NCBI GenBank assembly: GCA_965219385.1 | Contig: CBDCNM010000001.1 | Location: 422,631 to 486,630, forward strand | Direction of reading: 5' to 3' | Length of the DNA stretch: 64,000 nucleotides | DNA from: Candidatus Latescibacterota bacterium | GTDB taxonomy: Bacteria > Latescibacterota > UBA2968 > UBA8231 | In this document: positions 8,947 to 18,923 of the stretch, in pieces | How the letters are laid out: each line of letters begins with the position of its first letter | Position numbering within the stretch: the first letter of the stretch is position 1 | The notes under the pieces: model-generated | Database searches by the model: none | The model's input: the letters and a program-made list of their open reading frames with translations, nothing else | Told to the model about the DNA's origin: nothing | Program-made: the position numbers and the translations under genes

Positions 8947-10023
8947 TTAATTACCTAAAACCAGCGACAGGATATCTTCCTCCAAGGTTTGCTGGACTTT
9001 GGCCACCGCGGCCTGCGCCTTTTCGATTTGGTCCCGGTCCGAGGCAATGGCGTCGCGGAAGGGCTGCTGGATACGACCGATCTCGTCGATGGCCGTCTGG
9101 ATCTCCCGTTGGAGCCGCTGATCTAGGTCGGCGTCGGCTTGGCGGATGAATTCGTCCAAGCCCTCTCCGGTGCCCTCGTAGTCGCCGGTATAGACGTGCT
9201 GGACGCTGCGGAGGTTGTTCTGGAAGTCGGCAATAGAATTGAAGCTAAATTGGGATTCGACGAGGCGGGGATCTTCCTCGACGAAGGGGTCGGCGATTTT
9301 GCCGTTGGCCACCTCGTCGCAGATGCCGATCATGCCGTTGACCATCTCCTGGACTGCCGACTGGGCCGAAGGGTAGGCATCGCTGCCCTTACCTGCGTCG
9401 CGGACCTTTTGGCCAAAGTTGCCGCCGCTGGGAATCCAGCTATTGTGCAGGGCGCTGGCCGTGGCCCGCAAATCCTGGGTCGTGGCGATCAGATAGGCGA
9501 ACTCGCGCTCGGTGAAGTCAGCCGCGGTCTTGCTGCCTCCTTCGTCAAAGAGCAGGTACTCGATGGTGTGGAAGCCCTTGAGGGTTCCGTCCAGCCCGCC
9601 CACGTACGCGGTTGTCAAGTCGTTGTCGCTGGCCAATACCCCGTCCAGGTCCGTGCGGTTGACCGGCCAACTGTCGAGTGATGGATCGTAGCCGTTGAAG
9701 TCCACCGGCCCAAAGAGAAACCCCTCGCTGGCTTCCCAGGGAATGCGCGTGGCCACCCAGGCGTCCCGAGCTGCACTGAGATTTTCAGGCGTAGGATCGT
9801 TGCGCAGAGCCTCGACCGCAGCGAGTAGTTCGCCGGCCCGCTCGCCGAGGTCGCGGTACGTGGCAATGACGACTTGGTCGGTGAAGTTGCTCAAGATGGG
9901 CGCAAAATCGAACGCGGCCGCGGCTGGGCCGGTGGGCGAGTCCTCGTCGTCGCCGCAGCCGGCAATTAGCAGCAGGCTGCAAGCGGCTAGTCCGATCCCC
10001 AATCGCAAGAATATGGCTTTCAT
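8947..10023 (-). CDS. Imelysin family (peptidase M75/IrpA-like) iron-binding lipoprotein
   Basis: Lipobox IAGC, GFHTIEYLLF (GxHxxE) motif, ES.FS.NS..DF.NN. Confidence 0.9.
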   Translation of the reverse strand: MKAIFLRLGIGLAACSLLLIAGCGDDEDSPTGPAAAAFDFAPILSNFTDQVVIATYRDLGERAGELLAAVEALRNDPTPENLSAARDAWVATRIPWEASEGFLFGPVDFNGYDPSLDSWPVNRTDLDGVLASDNDLTTAYVGGLDGTLKGFHTIEYLLFDEGGSKTAADFTEREFAYLIATTQDLRATASALHNSWIPSGGNFGQKVRDAGKGSDAYPSAQSAVQEMVNGMIGICDEVANGKIADPFVEEDPRLVESQFSFNSIADFQNNLRSVQHVYTGDYEGTGEGLDEFIRQADADLDQRLQREIQTAIDEIGRIQQPFRDAIASDRDQIEKAQAAVAKVQQTLEEDILSLVLGN

Positions 10024-10108
10024 AAGGATAGCTCCCTTTCGTCAAAATTGAAATCCAGCGCACAGGCGACTTCCACCAGTGCCTGGTTTCACCGTGAATG
10101 GCTCTTTT

Positions 10109-11371
10109 TTAAAACTGAAATCCCAGTCCCAAGCTCAGGGTGTTTTCAGGGTTAAAGCGGGCGGCGCCCAGCCGCCGCATGGCGTAATCGGCCTTGAGTA
10201 CTACGGCATTTTCCATGTTGTAGTTCGCGCCCAAGGTATAGACCCGGCGCGCAAAGCGCGGATTGTCAAAGGTCTGTGCCGGGACCGCAGCCATGCTGTC
10301 GTACGCGTCGAAGCGGACGAACAGGTCCAAGCGGTCGGGCGAGGGAGCGGCCAGCCAAGGCAGGACGTCGTAGCCGACCTCGACGAAGGCCGCATAAGCA
10401 CCCCGGGCCACCGGCGAGCGCAAGACATCGAGATTGTTCGACAGGGTGCGGTTGCGGGCGCTGACGAGGGCGGCATTCTGCAGGTGCCCATAAAGGTACA
10501 GCCCGCGCGCGCGGAGCCGTCTCCAGGTCAGGGTGCCGTGCACATCGACGATGGAGACGTGCGCGTCAATCCCTTCCATGTCGGGCTTGGGACGGTTGTC
10601 GGCACTGTCGCCGCGATAGCCGGAAATACCCAGCGCGAGTTGTGGGGCGAACTGGTAATCGAGGCGGGCGACCCAGGCCATACTGGTGGCCTGAATCGTC
10701 TCAAAGCGTTTTTGATGGCCGCCGACGATCCAGTTTTGCGAGCTGAACCCAGTGGCATCCAGGCCATTGACCAGCTGCAGCTGGTAGTGCCAGCCTCGGT
10801 AGGCACCGGAGACCTCCACACCGGTTTCGTGCCACAGGCCCGGGATGATGGAGGTCTCGGCCTCCGAGCGCCGGGTGCCGAAGAAATCGGCGGGATGGAA
10901 GTGATGGCTCAAATGGCCCACCGCGACGTAGAAATGCCCCAGGCGGACGCGGAAGGCATCGCCGAAGGTCCGCTCGACGGCCAGCTCCTCGACGACGACT
11001 TCGCCCCCTTTTTCGATTTCCTGCTCGAACTCGCCGAATTCCTCGAATTCCAATTCCAGGGCGGCGCCAGTACCGCCGTGCTCAAATTCCACTTCGGCTT
11101 CCAATTCTGTGTCTTCGAGCAGCTCGACTTCCAGTTCGAGGGCGAGGCGGGTGATGTCGATGGTGGCGCGGCTGTCTGGAGGGGAACCATTAGGACCGCT
11201 TTTCTGGTCGGGCCCAAAATCGAAGTGGGAATAGAGCAGCTCGCCGTATCCTTCTAGATGGAAACGCGACCGATCTTCGAGCTCAGAAGCTTCAGTGAAC
11301 CAGGGCATCAGGGCTAGTGGTAAAATTCTGATGGATCGGGTGCGGTAAAGATTATGGGCAATGAGTCGCAT
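10109..11371 (-). CDS. Outer-membrane beta-barrel/porin associated with imelysin
   Basis: EVEFEHGG...EIEKGGEVVVE, WHETG, C-terminal LGLGFQF; ATG 11371 precedes a signal-like segment. Confidence 0.8.
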   Translation of the reverse strand: MRLIAHNLYRTRSIRILPLALMPWFTEASELEDRSRFHLEGYGELLYSHFDFGPDQKSGPNGSPPDSRATIDITRLALELEVELLEDTELEAEVEFEHGGTGAALELEFEEFGEFEQEIEKGGEVVVEELAVERTFGDAFRVRLGHFYVAVGHLSHHFHPADFFGTRRSEAETSIIPGLWHETGVEVSGAYRGWHYQLQLVNGLDATGFSSQNWIVGGHQKRFETIQATSMAWVARLDYQFAPQLALGISGYRGDSADNRPKPDMEGIDAHVSIVDVHGTLTWRRLRARGLYLYGHLQNAALVSARNRTLSNNLDVLRSPVARGAYAAFVEVGYDVLPWLAAPSPDRLDLFVRFDAYDSMAAVPAQTFDNPRFARRVYTLGANYNMENAVVLKADYAMRRLGAARFNPENTLSLGLGFQF

Positions 11372-11473
11372 TGATTGGACTAGCACATATTTGATATGGC
11401 CGTCAAATGTATTGTTAATAAAACTTATGTTTATTCTTATATTTTTTTGTTTGTCATACCAAACTAAGAGATA

Positions 11474-11502
11474 AAGATATACACCTGCACTCTTCTCGTC
11501 AA
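11474..11502 (-). promoter_or_regulatory. Sigma70-type promoter of the iron locus
   Basis: TTGACG-N17-TATCTT on the minus strand within an AT-rich intergenic region. Confidence 0.6.
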
Positions 11503-11549
11503 GTATTATTTTGTTAAAATCGGGGTGCTCTGGCCCTTGTTGTGCGCCG

Positions 11550-11589
11550 AGCCCTCCCGGACCCACTCAATTCCGGGAGGGCTTTTCTT
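11550..11589 (+). terminator. Intrinsic terminator with no upstream plus-strand CDS
   Basis: AGCCCTCCCGGA-loop-TCCGGGAGGGCT stem, running into a TTTTCTT tract. Confidence 0.7.
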
Positions 11590-11730
11590 ACCCGCAGTAC
11601 CCCTCGCCACTACAAAATGCGCCTGTACCCCAATGGCCGTGGAACAATCCGGCCCGAAGTCTTTTCGCTGTATTCCAAATCTTTGCCAAGCCATAACTCA
11701 AAAAATAATAGAAAGTTATGTTTGGGTGAA

Positions 11731-11759
11731 TTGACACTGCTTCCTCCTGATTCTACATT
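11731..11759 (+). promoter_or_regulatory. Sigma70-type promoter
   Basis: TTGACA-N17-TACATT. Confidence 0.65.
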
Positions 11760-11810
11760 TTCCTCGACATGTCGCGCCCCCTCCAACCCGATATAATAGT
11801 GGAGAATCCC

Positions 11811-12017
11811 ATGGCTGGAACACATCTACCCACGACCAATGCCGACGGCCTGCCGATCGCGCCCATGAGCCCTGCCCAGAAGTACATATTTGACCTCAAA
11901 GGCTGGATAACCCTGCCCGGTCTGCTCGGCGAAGAGCAACTCGAAGGGATTCGCGCCCATCAGATGAAGTTCCGGAAGCGAACCGGGCGGTGTAGTGGAG
12001 TCCTGTGCAGCACATAA
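11811..12017 (+). pseudogene. Truncated phytanoyl-CoA dioxygenase (PhyH) N-terminal remnant
   Basis: GGAG RBS + ATG; MSPAQKYIFDLKGWITLPGLL resembles the N-terminus of the 57559 PhyH (LTPAQRYHLDVNGYVVV), then stops at 68 aa. Confidence 0.65.
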
Positions 12018-12038
12018 AAACAATCACGAGGTGTCCTT

Positions 12039-13514
12039 ATGAAACGCGTCCTGATCGCTGTTTTCAAACAGGAAGTAGGCAGCTTCAACCCATCAAAAAC
12101 CCGCTACGAAGACTTCAATATCCGGCGCGGAGAAGAAATCGTCCACAGCCTGCGCCATACCAATACCACCACCGCCGGCGTGCTCGACACCTTCCAAGAG
12201 CACGCCGGCATCGAAGTCGTGCCCACCTACGCGGCCTGGGCGGGGACCACAGGCGGTCTGGTGGACGAGAACGACCTCGATCGACTCATCGATGAACTCC
12301 TCGAATCCGTCCGCCACAATGCCGCTGTGGAAGGCGCCTGCATCTGCATGCACGGGGCCATGGCCGGCGAGCGGGAAGGGGATCCCGAAGGACGGGTGCT
12401 GGCGGGCATCCGGCAGATCATCGGCGCGGTCCCCATGGTCGTCTCGCTCGATCTGCACGGCGTAATTTCCCAGCGGCTGGTGGATGCAGCCGATGTCATG
12501 GTCTTCCTCCACACCTACCCCCACACCGATATGTACCAGACCGGTCAGCGGGCCGCACGCAATCTGCTCAAGCTTATGGAGGGAGGAGTCACGCCTACCA
12601 CGGCGCGGGTGCAGCTTCCTTTGCTGGCCCGCGGCGACGAACTCATTACGGCCACGGGACGGTTCGGCGAGGCCATTCGCATATGCCAGGAGATCGAGAC
12701 CTCGGAGGGCGGCCTGGCCGCGGGCGTCAACATCGGCAACCCCTTCACCGACACCCCCGATCTCCAGTCCAATACCTTTGTCACCACGGACGGGGACCTG
12801 GAACGCGCCCGGCAGGAAGCCGAGCGCCTGGCCCGCTTCATGTGGCACAACCGGCACCAGTTTGTGGCCCAACTAACCCCTCTGGAAGAAGCGGTGCACC
12901 TGGCCGAGGAGACGGAGGGCCTCACGGTCTTTTCCGATGCGGCCGATTCCACCGCCTCGGGGGCCTCGGGGGACAGCAATGCCATTCTGCAAGGACTGCT
13001 TGAGTTCGGGTATAGCAAAAAGGCACTGATCCCCGTCGTGGATGCACCAGCGGTTTCAAAGGCCATCGAAGCCGGGGTCGGGACCACCCTCACCGTGAAG
13101 CTCGGCGGCAGCATCGATGCGGAGCGATATACCCCGGTGGAATTATCCGCGCACGTGAAGAGCGTTTCGGACGGACATTTTGTGGACGAAGGAGGAATGC
13201 CCGGCGAGGCGGGGCGGACCGCCATTCTCATGGCCGGCAAGCATGCCATCGTGGCCACGGAAAAACCGGCCAGCATGGTGGGACGCAAGGTCTTCCTCAC
13301 CCAGGGTCTGGATCCGCAGGACTTCGATCTGGTGGTGGCCAAGTCGCCCAATGGTTTCCGCGTCCACTACCAGTCCATTGCCTCGCGGATCGTTGCCGTG
13401 GACGTACCAGGTTCGACCAGCGCCAATCTCAAAACCCTCCCCTACAAACAATGCGTCCGCCCCATCTTTCCCCTGGACGAGGACGTGGTCCCGCCTTTTC
13501 CCCTAGAGGAGTAG
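12039..13514 (+). CDS. M81 family metallopeptidase (MlrC-like)
   Basis: MHGAM, DPEG, SLDLHG, TYPHTD motifs. Confidence 0.88.
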   Translation: MKRVLIAVFKQEVGSFNPSKTRYEDFNIRRGEEIVHSLRHTNTTTAGVLDTFQEHAGIEVVPTYAAWAGTTGGLVDENDLDRLIDELLESVRHNAAVEGACICMHGAMAGEREGDPEGRVLAGIRQIIGAVPMVVSLDLHGVISQRLVDAADVMVFLHTYPHTDMYQTGQRAARNLLKLMEGGVTPTTARVQLPLLARGDELITATGRFGEAIRICQEIETSEGGLAAGVNIGNPFTDTPDLQSNTFVTTDGDLERARQEAERLARFMWHNRHQFVAQLTPLEEAVHLAEETEGLTVFSDAADSTASGASGDSNAILQGLLEFGYSKKALIPVVDAPAVSKAIEAGVGTTLTVKLGGSIDAERYTPVELSAHVKSVSDGHFVDEGGMPGEAGRTAILMAGKHAIVATEKPASMVGRKVFLTQGLDPQDFDLVVAKSPNGFRVHYQSIASRIVAVDVPGSTSANLKTLPYKQCVRPIFPLDEDVVPPFPLEE

Positions 13515-13534
13515 AGGCCCTAGAGGAGTAGAGG
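13501..13534. repeat. 17-bp perfect tandem duplication across the M81 stop codon
   Basis: CCCTAGAGGAGTAGAGG x2. Confidence 0.9.
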
Positions 13535-13582
13535 CCATTTCACATTGGGGGTTTGGGTGACAGTTTGGGGGCTGAGAGGTGA

Positions 13583-14220
13583 TCATTGTTTGAATAGGCT
13601 CCTGCGGCCTACTTTACTGCACAGTGGACAGACCGCAAAGTTGTGACTGCGGGCCGGGCAGTGCTCCCGGCCGAAGAAGATGATCTGCAGGTGCAGCTTG
13701 TTCCATTGTTCACTGGGAAAGAGCCGTTTCAGGTCCTTCTCGGTTTGCTCGACGTTTTTGCCGCTGGAGAGCCCCCAGCGATAGGCCAAGCGATGAATGT
13801 GAGTGTCTACCGGGAAGGTGGGAATGCCGAAGTCCTGGGCAAGAATCACCTGAGCGGTTTTGTGGCCGACGCCGGGAAGCGCCTCCAGGGCTTCGAGGCT
13901 GCAGGGGACTTTGCCCTGGTACCGGTCGAGCAGGATATGGGAGAATTCCCATATGGCCCGGGATTTGCGCGGCGCCAGGCCGCAGGGGCGGATGATGGCC
14001 TCGATCTCTTCGACGTCGAGTTTGATCATCTGAGCGGGTGTTTTTGCCCGGGTGAAGAGTTTGGGGGTAACCGTATTGACCCGGGCATCGGTGCACTGGG
14101 CAGAGAGCACCACAGCGATCAGATGGGTATAGGGATTGGTGTGGCTGAGCGGGACGTGGACGTCCGGGTAGAACCGGTCCAGGGTGTCGGTGATGATGCG
14201 GATTTTTTCGGCTTTGGCTA

Positions 14221-14224
<4 letters not shown>
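13583..14224 (-). CDS. nth: Endonuclease III
   Basis: LSAQCTD, LPGVGHKTA (HhH), VDTH, C-terminal Cys cluster. Confidence 0.95.
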
Positions 14225-15042
<818 letters not shown>

Positions 15043-15165
15043 AGACAGAACCTCATGGACTCTAAGAAGCCTTCTTCGGCAAATCTGGATTCGGCTGCCA
15101 GGCGAGTCAGGTTGGCAGCGGCATTGGCACCGTCGCGCCGGACCTGGCCCTGGAGAGACGGCGTT

Positions 15166-16299
15166 TCACTTTATAAAACGCGAAATGTGAAAAGCGGCCA
15201 TGTCTGTTTGAGATGCTTTTTCCAGCATCAACTCGGCTATGATTTTGCCGCTGAACGGTCCCAGTTGTAATCCCGAAGCCCCGTGTCCGGTCGCCACGTA
15301 GATGCCGGCGATGTCCGGGACAGTACCAAGAACGGGCAAGGTATCGGCTGAAACTGGACGCAGGCCGACCCGCACTTCGAGGATTTGTGCCCGGGCCAGT
15401 CCAGGGGCGACCCGCAGGGCTTCGTCCAGGACCTGGCGCACTCCGGCCGCGGTTGTATGTGGGCTAAACCCCGATCCACTTTCTCGGGTCGCCCCTGCGG
15501 CCACCCGGCCGTCGGGCCAGGGGACCATGTAGTGGTCGCGAAAGGCGTTGACGATGGGCCAGTCCGCCGTATCCTTGCCGGGCAGGCTCAGGTGGATGAT
15601 CTGGCCGCGCTGGGGCTCGATTGGAATCTGCACACCCAGTTGGTCGCCGAATGTCCGCGACCACGCTCCCCCTGCGATGGCGATCCGGGCGGCGCTGAAG
15701 CTTGTGCCGTCGGCCACAACTCCCGTAACCCTGGTGTCGTCCAGGACCAGGTTTCCCACACTTGCCTGCTCCACGGTCAGGCCGCGCTGCTCGGCGGCGC
15801 GGCGCAGGGCCCTGGTCAACAGGCGGCCGTCTACCCGCGCTGCGGTGCGGTAGTAGAGGGCTTTGTGCACAGGTCCCAGAGGAGGGAACAGGGTACAGGC
15901 TTCGTCCGCGGAAACCTCATAAAGATCCTCTGGCAAAGGCAGGCCCCTGCGTTGCTGGCGTTCGAAAATGCGGCTTTGGGCCTGTTCGAAGGGTTCGATT
16001 TCGTCTGCGGAGACGGCTACAGTGAGCTTGCCGCAAGGAGAGTATCCGGTCTCGCCATCTTGCTTGGCCAGTAGTTGCTCAATGAGGACTGGATAGTAGG
16101 CGGAAGCTTCGATGCCCAGTTTGAACCAGGCTTCCGAGGGCCCGGAATAGGTGGGGGCCGAGAGAATGCCTGCTCCGGCATCGGTGGCCCGTCCATCATC
16201 CAGCCGGTCGACGAGGAGGGTTTTCGCTTTTGCGCATACCAGGTGGTAGGCAATGGACATGCCCACTATTCCACCACCTACAACGATGGCGTCGTACAT
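15166..16299 (-). CDS. FAD-dependent oxidoreductase (D-amino acid/glycine oxidase family)
   Basis: GGGIVG, RVGLRP, ATGHG motifs. Confidence 0.88.
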   Translation of the reverse strand: MYDAIVVGGGIVGMSIAYHLVCAKAKTLLVDRLDDGRATDAGAGILSAPTYSGPSEAWFKLGIEASAYYPVLIEQLLAKQDGETGYSPCGKLTVAVSADEIEPFEQAQSRIFERQQRRGLPLPEDLYEVSADEACTLFPPLGPVHKALYYRTAARVDGRLLTRALRRAAEQRGLTVEQASVGNLVLDDTRVTGVVADGTSFSAARIAIAGGAWSRTFGDQLGVQIPIEPQRGQIIHLSLPGKDTADWPIVNAFRDHYMVPWPDGRVAAGATRESGSGFSPHTTAAGVRQVLDEALRVAPGLARAQILEVRVGLRPVSADTLPVLGTVPDIAGIYVATGHGASGLQLGPFSGKIIAELMLEKASQTDMAAFHISRFIK

Positions 16300-16387
16300 G
16301 GGTTAACTCTCCCGGGGGATGCGGTTGTCTGCATCCAGGCACTGGATCGGACAGGGGTTGGGAACCGGGTTCACGTTGTCCCTTTAC

Positions 16388-17440
16388 TCATTCAATTATG
16401 CCGCCGCCCAGACAAATCAGGCCGTCGTAGAAAACCGCGTGTTGTCCTGCCGCAATGCCTGGGTCGGAATGGGCAAGGGCGACCTGAAGATGGTCGTCGT
16501 CCTGGAATGCGATGCGGCATGCGCAGGCTTCGGGGCCGTGGCGGAGCTTGACCTGTAAATCGTTTTTTTCCGGCCTTCCGGAGATCCAGTTGATGCGAGT
16601 CACGGTGAATTTATCCTGGCTGTGCTGCTCTTGATGGTTTTTATGCGCGATGTAGAGGATGTTTTCTTCAATGTCCTTCTCGACCACGTACCAGGGACCT
16701 CCGCCCAGACCAAGGCCATGGCGCTGGCCAATGGTATGGAACCAGAATCCGTTGTGCTCTCCCAGCTTATTTCCGGTCTCCAACTCGACGATATCTCCTT
16801 TGCGTTCGCCCAGATGGAAGCTGACGAAATCGCGGTAGTTGATCTTGCCCAGAAAGCAGATGCCCTGGCTATCTTTGCGGTCCCTGGTGGGCAGGTCGAA
16901 TTCGGCCGCGAGTTGTCGGACCTGATGTTTACCCAGATGGCCGATGGGGAAGAGGCCTCGACGCAGCTGTCGCTGACTGAGGTTCGAGAGGAAGTAGGTC
17001 TGGTCCTTGACCGGGTCGGGGGCGCGTTTTAGGAAAAAGGCGTCGTCGGCTTCGGCGATGCCGGCGTAATGGCCGGAAGCGACCTTGTCAAAACCCGGAT
17101 CGATGCGGTCGTAAAACTCGCCGAATTTGATCCACTGGTTACAAAAGATATCCGGACTGGGGGTGCGGCCGGCCCTGAGTTCCCGCAGGGCGTGTTCCAC
17201 CACTCTTTTGCGGTACTCCGTCTGCAGGGGCACGATCTCGAGCGGCACGCCTGCCTGTTCACAGACGGCGCGAGCGAATTTGAGGTCGGTCTCCCAGGGA
17301 CAGTCGCCGAGAAAAGCCAGCTCGTCTTCCAGCCAGATTTTCAAGTAAAAGGCCCTGAGCTCGTGGATGCCTTCCCGCTCGAGCAAGTTGAGGGCGACAG
17401 AACTATCCACGCCTCCAGAAAGCAATACGGCAATTTTCAT
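16388..17440 (-). CDS. mnmA: tRNA 2-thiouridine(34) synthase
   Basis: SGGVDS, PSPDIFCN, KDQTYFL, DSQGICF, TIGQR. Confidence 0.96.
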   Translation of the reverse strand: MKIAVLLSGGVDSSVALNLLEREGIHELRAFYLKIWLEDELAFLGDCPWETDLKFARAVCEQAGVPLEIVPLQTEYRKRVVEHALRELRAGRTPSPDIFCNQWIKFGEFYDRIDPGFDKVASGHYAGIAEADDAFFLKRAPDPVKDQTYFLSNLSQRQLRRGLFPIGHLGKHQVRQLAAEFDLPTRDRKDSQGICFLGKINYRDFVSFHLGERKGDIVELETGNKLGEHNGFWFHTIGQRHGLGLGGGPWYVVEKDIEENILYIAHKNHQEQHSQDKFTVTRINWISGRPEKNDLQVKLRHGPEACACRIAFQDDDHLQVALAHSDPGIAAGQHAVFYDGLICLGGGIIE

Positions 17441-17765
17441 GTAGATTCTTCAAGTCTATTGCGGAGCGAATTGCGGAGCCGTATGAGTAGTTCCCGCCGG
17501 ATCTTGTTTCTATGGTTGGGCCTTGATAGCTCCTGACATCGCGCTCCCTACAAGATACTTTCACCGGCGGCGTCGATCAAGCAGGGGTTGGTTGCAGTGA
17601 GTATTAGTACTTTACGAAATACCCGCAACTACTTGGACCTCAAGGCCCCGTCCGCCGATTCCGTGAAGTAATTTGGGGGCGATACGATGAGAAATTTCCT
17701 ATATTGTTACTACTGTATCGAATGCGGCACATATCATCCAGCCCCTATCACAAGGAAGGTAGAAA

Positions 17766-18413
17766 ATGCGTATTGGCAAGAATATAGCTGCGCTCGCAAT
17801 GCTGGCGAGTTCCATCGGCACCCCCCATGCCGGTGGAGCATCGGCCAGCGCATCTTTCGATCAAAGTGGGGTCATCATCGATGTGCATACGTTTTTTACC
17901 GCAGCTATCCAGGAAACAGATAAGAGTGGGGTGGAAGCTGTTCGGGATACGGTGGCCGGTCGCGCTCTGGTTACCGAGGAGGGGGTGTACGCCTTTCTGG
18001 AGACACCGGAAAACCAGGAGCACCTGCGGGAGACCGAACCCGGTTCGGTGGTTCGCATCAAGGGGAGGTTGCTGGAAAAGGGCGCCTTGTTGCACATCGA
18101 CAAACTCGAAAAGATTAATAAAGTCGCGCTGATCGACTTCGCCCGTTTCAGGAATGACAGGGGCAAAGAGGCTACCCTCAAAGGGACGAATAAGTGCCAG
18201 TGTGGCCTGGATGTGGGAGATCTGCCCCATTCCTGCAAGTTGGGCCACCTGCACCATCTTGAAGCGATGGACGGCAAGATTTACCACTACTTGCAGTTTG
18301 CCGAGGGCAAGGATGCTTTTCTGGGAAGTGGGTCCCACTTCAAATCCGTTGAAGTGAAAGCCCGGGTGCTGCCGGGCAATTTCCTTCTGGTACAGGAAGT
18401 GAATGTGGAGTAG
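17766..18413 (+). CDS. Secreted hypothetical protein with two OB-fold-like repeats and a Cys/His cluster
   Basis: Signal peptide; CQCGLDVGDLPHSCKLGHLHH. Confidence 0.75.
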   Translation: MRIGKNIAALAMLASSIGTPHAGGASASASFDQSGVIIDVHTFFTAAIQETDKSGVEAVRDTVAGRALVTEEGVYAFLETPENQEHLRETEPGSVVRIKGRLLEKGALLHIDKLEKINKVALIDFARFRNDRGKEATLKGTNKCQCGLDVGDLPHSCKLGHLHHLEAMDGKIYHYLQFAEGKDAFLGSGSHFKSVEVKARVLPGNFLLVQEVNVE

Positions 18414-18430
18414 GTAGAGGAAGCAAAAGC

Positions 18431-18913
18431 ATGGTGATTGTCCTGATGGGGGTAACCGGTAGCGGCAAGACCGTCATTGGCGAGTTACTGGCCCGGGAGT
18501 TGGAGTGGACGTTTTGCGACGGGGACGACTTTCATCCCCCTGCCAATGTAGAAAAAATGGCTGCGGGGATACCCCTTACGGACGAGGATCGCTTTCCCTG
18601 GTTGCGCCTGCTCGCAGGCCGGATCGAAAGGTGGATTGATCATGGAGAGCAGGCCATTCTGGCCTGCTCGGCATTGAAAGCCATATACCGGGAGATTCTC
18701 GTCCGCCGGGATGAGGTGCGCCTTGTCCATCTGAAAGGGCCGATCGAGTTGATACGCCAGCGCCTCTCGGAAAGGGTACATCGCTACATGCCGTCCAGCT
18801 TGCTGGACAGCCAGTTCGCGACCCTCGAAGAGCCTCGAGATGCCCTGACCATAGATATTCTTCCGGCTCCTGAGGCCGTTGTCCAGGAGATTCGGCAAAG
18901 GCTGGGGATCTAA
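18431..18913 (+). CDS. gntK: Gluconokinase
   Basis: GVTGSGKT, DGDDFHP, LACSALK, LLDSQFATLE. Confidence 0.93.
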   Translation: MVIVLMGVTGSGKTVIGELLARELEWTFCDGDDFHPPANVEKMAAGIPLTDEDRFPWLRLLAGRIERWIDHGEQAILACSALKAIYREILVRRDEVRLVHLKGPIELIRQRLSERVHRYMPSSLLDSQFATLEEPRDALTIDILPAPEAVVQEIRQRLGI

Positions 18914-18923
18914 CCTGGCAGGC

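Noticed and set aside
11425..11450. Possible Fur box (minus TATAAGAATAAACATAAGT) downstream of the iron promoter
   Set aside because: Only about 12/19 match to the E. coli consensus in AT-rich DNA; plausible but not supportable.
15043..15165. Coding-like remnant between the FAD oxidoreductase and nudC
   Set aside because: Too short, no start codon, and no identifiable family.
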